This document shows positions 36,022-42,312 of a DNA stretch of 42,312 nucleotides, in pieces (within the stretch, counting starts at the first letter, position 1; the number at the start of each line of letters is the position of its first letter). Made by a program: the position numbers and the translations under genes. A model generated the notes under the pieces. That model did no database searches, was not told the DNA's origin, and saw nothing but the letters and a program-made list of their open reading frames with translations. The DNA comes from a virus (Duplodnaviria; Caudoviricetes). Location of the stretch: the IMG/VR virus record IMGVR_UViG_3300042784_000014, positions 1 to 42,312 of that record; one strand, given 5' to 3'.

Positions 36022-37305
36022 ATGGGTTTAGAAATAAGACATTTTCAAAAAACTCTCTCTTTTAATATTAAAGACACAGAGGAAACAAATACGAAGGTTT
36101 TCGATTTACAAGGGCATGTTGTAGCTTTCTTAGGTGCAAAGCATATTAATCTTGAGGAAGGCTCTTATCATATAACTTTGAATGAGGGTGAGGAATATGA
36201 GAGTACTATACAACGTAATTTTGGTGTCACAGCTGAATGGTGGTATGATTTAGACGGGGAAAAAAGAGTGTGGAGTATGGGTGTACAAGAAAAACACTTT
36301 TATCCAAAAGATAGCTTTATACTAAAAACTGTGGACGGTGTGCCGGTAAGACCTAATAAGGTTGCATTTATAACAGGGGGTTTCGGGCCTAACTTTTATG
36401 CACCTATATTTGGCACTACCCCAGCAAAAATTGAAATCGAGTTTTATTATATTACAGAATCGACTACATTTACTTTACCAATAGAAACTAATATTGAAGA
36501 CGGTAAAGAGCTGATTCTTCAAACTGATAAATTAACTCCTGTGGAAGCGGGTAAGTATGAATTACAGCTAGGCTCGAAAGGAATTTTAGAAGACGCTTAT
36601 TTACCATATTTTATTGAGAATGATATGTACACTGCTAGAGAATTAGATTTGATTGAGCAGTATAATGACACTTATTCTGATAGTATTGACAAATTCTTTT
36701 ATGATATTGAAAGAGTTAATCAGACTCCTTTTCTTGATGAGCTTGTTGGTGCTTATGGGTATGTTCCAAAAGAAGTTGATTTCAATTTCGACTTACCAAT
36801 CAATAATAGAATAGAATCAATTGAAGAGGCGGTTACTTTTGAGCTTGAACCAATAAGTGATAAAATAAGAAACTCTGATGATTTGTTTAATATGAGATTT
36901 AGTAAAGACGGTAACTTTGAACTAATGAGTAATATAAACCTAAGTAACTATCAGATACCGGAATATTTTCCGGAAGAGAATAAATTTATAAGAGGCTCTA
37001 ATATTGTAGCTAATACAGAGCAGGGAGATTTCCCGCCCATAACTAATTACTATGAAGAAGAGGCAGGAACACAATTTTCACTAGAAGGGAATGGCCACAC
37101 TATTAGTAATTTTAAAAATCATAGTCAATATAGTTCCAATGGTGTCGGGCTTTTTGGTATGAATGGCGCAGCAAGCGGAAGTTATGATTGTTATATTCGT
37201 AATTTAAATATAGAGAATGTAGATATCTTGGGTAACGATGTTATCGGGTCTATTCTTTCACTATCAATACCCGATACTGATGACAGTGGTGGTGTTGTAA
37301 TATGA
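36022..37305 (+). CDS. Tail protein ending in the first part of a GLUG-type beta-helix
   Basis: C-terminal LMSNINL..PI..GNGHTISN..VGLFG..IRNLNIENVDI.G; GAGGTG RBS. Confidence 0.65.
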   Translation: MGLEIRHFQKTLSFNIKDTEETNTKVFDLQGHVVAFLGAKHINLEEGSYHITLNEGEEYESTIQRNFGVTAEWWYDLDGEKRVWSMGVQEKHFYPKDSFILKTVDGVPVRPNKVAFITGGFGPNFYAPIFGTTPAKIEIEFYYITESTTFTLPIETNIEDGKELILQTDKLTPVEAGKYELQLGSKGILEDAYLPYFIENDMYTARELDLIEQYNDTYSDSIDKFFYDIERVNQTPFLDELVGAYGYVPKEVDFNFDLPINNRIESIEEAVTFELEPISDKIRNSDDLFNMRFSKDGNFELMSNINLSNYQIPEYFPEENKFIRGSNIVANTEQGDFPPITNYYEEEAGTQFSLEGNGHTISNFKNHSQYSSNGVGLFGMNGAASGSYDCYIRNLNIENVDILGNDVIGSILSLSIPDTDDSGGVVI

Positions 37306-39437
37306 GTATAACCTTAGAAAATATAACTGTTACCGGAAAAATTGTTGGACAAGACTTTGTAGGAGGTCTTGTTGGAACAGGGGAAGACATTACAATAATT
37401 AGCTGTAATTTTGAAGGGGAAATTGAAGCTAAAAATAATGTAGGTGGTTTAGCTGGTGAAGCGAGTGGTTTAATAGAAAAATCTTCCTCTGTATGTGATA
37501 TAAATGGAAGCAGTAATATTGGGGGTTTGGTTGGTAGTGGCGATATCTCTATAATTAATTGTTATTCAAGAAGCAATTTAACAGGTACAAGTGTATTAGG
37601 TGGTTTAGTAGGAAATAGCAATGGTGCAAGTTTAATAAACTGTTATTCAGCAAGCAGTATTAACACAACCGGTATGAAGGGGAGCTTAGTAGGAAATAAT
37701 AGCTATTATGTAGTAAATAGTTGTTACTACAATCAAGAGCTAGTAAACTCGTTAAATTACACTCAAGGTGAAGGTAAAACCACAGAGGAAATGATATTTC
37801 CAATTGATTATGAGAGTATTTATCTTGGCTGGGATTTTGAAGAAGTTTGGGATATAAAAGAGGAAGTAAATGAAGGCTACCCATTTTTTGGTGGAGACGG
37901 AATGCTTTATATGCTATTTAACGCACATTCTAGTTTGAATAGTTTAGAATTAAGTACAGCTTTTTTCATTAATTTAAACTCACAAACTGAATATATCTCA
38001 GAAATAACTCCCTGGTTTCCGATTATTAGAACTAATATGGTTTCTAGAATTACTAATGGTGCTTTTGCTTCCGGCACTCTGTTAAGACCCGGGCCTTATG
38101 AAGATGAGCTTTGGAATAGTGGTGTAAAAGGTTTTTTTGAATATGTACCAAATACACAAACATTTGAGGATTTAGCAGCTCAAGATACAATGCCTATTAG
38201 ACTTCCTGTTAAAAGTGCTGAAACTACTTCTGTGCATATATCAAGAGATATCCATTCTAATGATACAGAAATATATTTAGAAAATTTACCAAATGAGTGG
38301 TCGATAGATTCAGAGAATGAATTTAAGTATTTAGGTATTACAGATGGTAATAGAGATGAAATAATTGGTTATAGTCAGACTGGGTTTTTAGATGGTGAAT
38401 ATGTAATTATGGATGTTAAAAGAGGATTAAGAACTTCAACAGCACAAAGTTTTTCAGTAGGTGAAGATACAGTTGTTTATTCATCTTCCTTAGAAATGTC
38501 TTTAACTTGGGATGATAAAATTATACCACTTGGAAAGCGAACTGAATATTTATTTAGGGCTGGAATTGAAATAGACACTAAATTAAGCACTACTGGTGAA
38601 AGAGTTACTTTTAGGTTTTATGGTGGAGAGAGAAAACTCGGTATCGATGAAACCGAGCCACTCACCGGTATAGGAATGGGAGAGCTATTTATCGACGCTC
38701 GAGATTTAGAATTTGAAGACGAGTTATTCGACAGGGCAAAGTTAACATTTGAAGAAATGGGCTTAGAAGATTGGAACTTAGAAGAATTTAAAGAATGGAC
38801 TTGGGAAGAATTTAAGGATATTGAAATACCGCAGTTTGAAACAATGACTTTAGCTGAAATAATTAAAATAGCTGTGGGGATAACTGATTACACAGAGCAA
38901 GACTTGGTAAACAATTACAGCAGAAAAGAAATCGAACAGATTATTCAAGATAAACTCGATATAGTAACTGCTGATGATATAAATTCTTGGGCGTTTGATA
39001 TAGCGAAATTAGTTGCTAGATTATTAACTGGTGAGCCTTCCGGAGCTTATGAGAATTGGACTGAAAGAGAAGTTAAAGATTTCTTAATTACTATGCTGAC
39101 TAATGAATTTAGTTTTAAGGATTTCGAAGATAATTTTCCGTTTGATAAATGGGAGAGTATTATGAAATCTAGATTAGAACTTACAATCAATAATGATGCA
39201 TCTATTGAGGTGGAGTATAATCAGTACGGACCTTATAATTATGGAGTTGACTTCAATTTAGGTGATATTATAGTTGTTGAATACCCAAATGTTTTTAGAG
39301 CAATGATCAGAATAATTGAAGTCAAAGAAGAATTTACTCAAGAGGGTAAGAAATACACTTTAACCTTAGGTAAAGAATTTGAGAATTTAGTTTCTAAAAT
39401 TAAAGCAGATAAAGATTCGATAAGTGGAAGACTATAA
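37302..39437 (+). CDS. Tail protein: GLUG repeats plus C-terminal part of the Gp37-like hub
   Basis: VGGLVG repeats, GWDF..VW..N.GYP, then ELFIDARD and YGVDFNLGDIIVV..RIIEVKE. Confidence 0.75.
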   Translation: MSITLENITVTGKIVGQDFVGGLVGTGEDITIISCNFEGEIEAKNNVGGLAGEASGLIEKSSSVCDINGSSNIGGLVGSGDISIINCYSRSNLTGTSVLGGLVGNSNGASLINCYSASSINTTGMKGSLVGNNSYYVVNSCYYNQELVNSLNYTQGEGKTTEEMIFPIDYESIYLGWDFEEVWDIKEEVNEGYPFFGGDGMLYMLFNAHSSLNSLELSTAFFINLNSQTEYISEITPWFPIIRTNMVSRITNGAFASGTLLRPGPYEDELWNSGVKGFFEYVPNTQTFEDLAAQDTMPIRLPVKSAETTSVHISRDIHSNDTEIYLENLPNEWSIDSENEFKYLGITDGNRDEIIGYSQTGFLDGEYVIMDVKRGLRTSTAQSFSVGEDTVVYSSSLEMSLTWDDKIIPLGKRTEYLFRAGIEIDTKLSTTGERVTFRFYGGERKLGIDETEPLTGIGMGELFIDARDLEFEDELFDRAKLTFEEMGLEDWNLEEFKEWTWEEFKDIEIPQFETMTLAEIIKIAVGITDYTEQDLVNNYSRKEIEQIIQDKLDIVTADDINSWAFDIAKLVARLLTGEPSGAYENWTEREVKDFLITMLTNEFSFKDFEDNFPFDKWESIMKSRLELTINNDASIEVEYNQYGPYNYGVDFNLGDIIVVEYPNVFRAMIRIIEVKEEFTQEGKKYTLTLGKEFENLVSKIKADKDSISGRL

Positions 39438-39460
39438 ATAATTAAATATATTATATAATT

Positions 39461-39489
39461 GCCACCTTTAATATACGGGTGGCTTTTTT
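39461..39489 (+). terminator. Terminator between tail and lysis genes
   Basis: GCCACC-N11-GGTGGC+T6. Confidence 0.65.
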
Positions 39490-39497
39490 AATTTGGG

Positions 39498-39965
39498 GTG
39501 GTAAATTTGAGGGATAAATGGAGATTATTTATAACAGAAGTACACCATTATATTCAAAGATTAATTGAGCATCCAACTACAAAAGGCTTTCTGGCATCTG
39601 GGGGAACTGTAATAACAATGCTATTCGGCGATATGAACGTTTCTATGCAGAGCTTTTTAATACTTATTGCTGCAGATTATATTACAGGGCTTATAAAGGC
39701 TGGAAAAAAGGGAGAATTATCTAGTTGGATGTCTAGAAAAGGTTGGGGTAAAATATCGACTTATGTGATTGTTATTTTATTAGGTAATTTAGTTACTCAA
39801 CTTGGTATGACAGGGATGAGAGATTTTGTTCTTTTATGGGCGGGAGCTACAGAAGCTATCTCCATTTTGGAGAATTGTGATGAGCTTGGGATAACTATAC
39901 CTGACTTTTTAAGAACTAAATTGCTGCAGACTAAGGAAAAAAAGTTTGGAGAGGAGCTAAAATAA
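39498..39965 (+). CDS. Holin (phage holin family 4)
   Basis: DYITG..KA...S.....G..K, E..SILEN...G..IP..L; TM segments. Confidence 0.9.
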   Translation: MVNLRDKWRLFITEVHHYIQRLIEHPTTKGFLASGGTVITMLFGDMNVSMQSFLILIAADYITGLIKAGKKGELSSWMSRKGWGKISTYVIVILLGNLVTQLGMTGMRDFVLLWAGATEAISILENCDELGITIPDFLRTKLLQTKEKKFGEELK

Positions 39966-40558
39966 TGAATATTGCAGTGTTTGCTGGACATGGGGGAAGT
40001 GATCCAGGTGCAGTTGATCCAATTGAATTAGAAGAAAATGATGGGATATATCAGGATGATATTTATTCTGAAGAGAGTGATATTAATTTAGCTGCAGCAT
40101 TAATTTTGCAGCCAATGTTAGAACAAAATGGTCATGAAGTTCTAATGGCCAGAACTGAAGATGTTTACGTAAATCTATATGATCGTGTTGATATGGCCAA
40201 TGAATATGATGTGGATTTAGTAATTTCATTACATGCTAACGCAGCTTCTAACTCAACTGCAGCGGGTATAGAGACTCTCTATTATAGTTCTACGAGATTT
40301 ACAAGTAGAAAAGGTAAAAGACTAGCTGCTTTAGTTCAAAAGAGATTAATTGCTGTTACTGATACTCCTGATAGAGGTATTAAAGGAAAAGAGAAGATCT
40401 GGGTGTTGCGTAAGACAGATATGCCAGCAATTCTTGTAGAAATGGGTTTTATAACTAATTTGAGAGAGGAAAAACTTCTTAATGAAAGAGAATACCTTTA
40501 CTTGCTTATGGAAGCAGTTGCAGAAGGTGTTGAAGATTATCTCAAAGAAAGTTCTTAA
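39965..40558 (+). CDS. Endolysin, N-acetylmuramoyl-L-alanine amidase (Amidase_3), catalytic domain only
   Basis: GHGG.DPGA, E..IN, SLHAN, P.ILVEMGFITN. Confidence 0.95.
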   Translation: MNIAVFAGHGGSDPGAVDPIELEENDGIYQDDIYSEESDINLAAALILQPMLEQNGHEVLMARTEDVYVNLYDRVDMANEYDVDLVISLHANAASNSTAAGIETLYYSSTRFTSRKGKRLAALVQKRLIAVTDTPDRGIKGKEKIWVLRKTDMPAILVEMGFITNLREEKLLNEREYLYLLMEAVAEGVEDYLKESS

Positions 40559-40580
40559 TTATGATAGTGGAGATAAGAAA

Positions 40581-41033
40581 ATGAAGTTATCAATCAGTAG
40601 AGATAATAGCAACCTGACTCCTGAGCAGCCTTCGGTGGATGAAAATATTGCTACAGCTAATAAAATTTTAAAAGATTATGGAAAAGAGTTGGATAAAGAA
40701 TATATCAATGATAATGGGTACTGGAAGTTTTTAATCTGGAAATACAAAGAGTTAGGCAGGCCAGATAATATGAAAGAACTGTTGCTTAATGAAGCTATTA
40801 AGTGGGGATTGTTCCTCTTTGAGAAAGGAGGTGGCAAAATGGATCTTAAGAATTTAGGTTTTGAGGCTGCTAATTTTATTATGGATGAAACAGAACTTGA
40901 TGATCAGCTTTATAAATATTTAGCTGACCAGGCTAAAAAAGAAATACCAGGACATGATATTGAGCCGATTGCAGGGAAGATGCTGGAAGGTATCGGTAAA
41001 GAACTGCAGAAGCCGTTGGAGACAGATAAATAA
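40581..41033 (+). CDS. Hypothetical protein with a strong in-frame internal start at 40839
   Basis: ATG 40581 after GGAG; AAAGGAGGTGG-N4-ATG at 40839. Confidence 0.6.
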   Translation: MKLSISRDNSNLTPEQPSVDENIATANKILKDYGKELDKEYINDNGYWKFLIWKYKELGRPDNMKELLLNEAIKWGLFLFEKGGGKMDLKNLGFEAANFIMDETELDDQLYKYLADQAKKEIPGHDIEPIAGKMLEGIGKELQKPLETDK

Positions 41034-41043
41034 ATTATTATTT

Positions 41044-41076
41044 AACCTCTGGGGCGAAAGCTCTGGAGGTTTTTTT
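41044..41076 (+). terminator. Terminator ending the late operon
   Basis: AACCTCTGGGGC-gaaa-GCTCTGGAGGTT followed by a T run. Confidence 0.8.
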
Positions 41077-41171
41077 ATGTCTATTTAAATCTGAAAATTT
41101 TGAAAAAATATTAAATTTAATAAAATTATGCGATTTTTTGTGCTTTTTAAGCAGGAATTATCCTTCAACCC

Positions 41172-41199
41172 TTGAAATATATTATATAAGTAGTATAAT
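41172..41199 (+). promoter_or_regulatory. Sigma-A promoter of the TA moron
   Basis: TTGAAA-16 bp-TATAAT upstream of an AGGAGG RBS. Confidence 0.6.
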
Positions 41200-41235
41200 G
41201 TATTAACAAGTTATGAAAAAAGGAGGGGATAATTA

Positions 41236-41901
41236 ATGAAAGTTATTAACGTTTTTAAAGTTGCAAAATGGTTTATTAAAAATAATTATGATAATCCCCG
41301 CAATAATTTTGATGGAAATATGAAATTGCAGAAATTGCTTTATTTAGCTCAATTAGTTCATTTGTATTTATATGATAAAGAGTTGTTTGAAGAACCTATA
41401 ATGGCTTTTGAAAAAGGTCCTGTTGTAGAAGCAGTGCGTATCAGATATAGGGATGATACATTTAATTTTATTGAAGAAGCTAAAACAATGTTTATGGATT
41501 TAAATCAGAAAATAATAAAAACATTAGAGTTAACGGTTGAATTATTTGGTGAATATACTGCGAAAGAGTTATCTGAATTTACTCATACTCATGCTTGTTG
41601 GGAGGAAGCTTTAGAAAATTCAACAAGATCTAATGGTTTTCATTCTAAAAATGATAGTATTATACCGATAGAAGAAATGAAGAAACATGCTTTGCCAGGG
41701 ATAAAACAAGTAATAGAAGCTAAAAAAATGACTTCTGATGATAATGATAAGTGTGAAATTGTAAATGGTAAAGAGTTTTATTATGATCCTTCTAATATTT
41801 CTTTAAATGATAGAATCTATGAAATTCTTAGTAATTTTGAAGGAGAAGATAATTCATATACAGTTTATGAAGATCCTTCTCAAGGTTTAGTGATTTATTA
41901 A
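41236..41901 (+). CDS. Panacea-domain (DUF4065/SocA-like) antitoxin with C-terminal extension
   Basis: VA.WF...MKLQKLLY.AQ....LF.E.I.A...GPVV..V, LS..TH...W. Confidence 0.9.
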   Translation: MKVINVFKVAKWFIKNNYDNPRNNFDGNMKLQKLLYLAQLVHLYLYDKELFEEPIMAFEKGPVVEAVRIRYRDDTFNFIEEAKTMFMDLNQKIIKTLELTVELFGEYTAKELSEFTHTHACWEEALENSTRSNGFHSKNDSIIPIEEMKKHALPGIKQVIEAKKMTSDDNDKCEIVNGKEFYYDPSNISLNDRIYEILSNFEGEDNSYTVYEDPSQGLVIY

Positions 41902-42312
41902 ATGTCTTATAAAGAAGGACAAGCACTTTTTATCAAATTGCCGTTTGCAGATGGGGGAGAATCTCATTATCCAAGACCTTTTCTAATTGTAGAAGCAAGA
42001 AAAAAATCAGTGGAATTATTGAATATCTCATCTTTAAAAGGCAAAGAATTAAAGGTGATGAGATCAACTAAAAATAGAATTATAAAAGACTATAATCCAC
42101 CTTTTTTTAAACCGTCTTTTGTTAAGTTGGATGCATTATATATTGTAGAAAAAAATAAAAAATTAAAAACAACTCATATGGCTAATGGTACATCATTATC
42201 TGAAGATGAATTACAAGTCATAAAAAATAGATTAGATGAATATAGAAAGGATAATGAATTTCAATTTGCTGAACAAAGGATAAACACACAAACTTTTTAT
42301 AAATATAACTAA
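41902..42312 (+). CDS. PemK/MazF-like toxin
   Basis: G......PF.D......RPFLIV, S.VK.D.LY pattern; directly abuts the Panacea gene. Confidence 0.7.
   Translation: MSYKEGQALFIKLPFADGGESHYPRPFLIVEARKKSVELLNISSLKGKELKVMRSTKNRIIKDYNPPFFKPSFVKLDALYIVEKNKKLKTTHMANGTSLSEDELQVIKNRLDEYRKDNEFQFAEQRINTQTFYKYN

Larger units (their letters stand above)
1..42312. mobile_element. Temperate siphovirus prophage, apparently complete coding region
   Basis: Canonical order: integrase, immunity, replication, packaging, head, non-contractile tail (no sheath gene seen), lysis, moron. att sites are not identifiable inside the window. Confidence 0.96.

Noticed and set aside
18159-37884. Minus-strand and alternate-frame ORFs inside structural genes
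   Set aside because: Fully overlap well-supported genes; shadow ORFs.
33076-39437. Diversity-generating retroelement or invertible tail cassette
   Set aside because: No reverse transcriptase, no second recombinase, and no TR/VR pair or inverted tail gene noticed.
41151-41178. Sigma-H-like promoter (GCAGGAATT...)
   Set aside because: The -10 reads GAAA rather than GAAT, and a sigma-A promoter overlaps it.
1-42312. att sites, tRNA or rRNA genes
   Set aside because: The window is clipped at stop codons on both ends; no terminal repeat or cloverleaf recognised by eye.

Overview
The window is an apparently complete ~42.3 kb AT-rich temperate siphophage (prophage) of a Firmicute. The acidic structural proteins hint at a halophilic clostridial host, but this is inference only. 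It runs from the integrase stop codon to the stop codon of a right-end toxin gene; no att sites or host genes are visible. Module order: tyrosine integrase; left accessory block (sce7726-like nuclease convergent on a frameshifted Beta/sce7725-like gene, a secreted protein, a membrane-protein remnant); ImmA-like peptidase, CI and Cro switch with four TCAC-N5-GTGA operators; early, recombination and replication genes; late activator followed by phased repeats; packaging, head and tail genes; holin and amidase; and a Panacea + PemK/MazF-like toxin-antitoxin moron. Most notable: (i) a minor head protein with a C-terminal JAB/MPN-like metalloprotease domain followed by two unannotated mini-ORFs; (ii) a Gp37-like tail hub and a GLUG beta-helix each split across separate genes in a nested arrangement; (iii) the sce7726/Beta pair with a 1-nt frameshift. 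All family calls come from motif recognition and gene order, not database searches.
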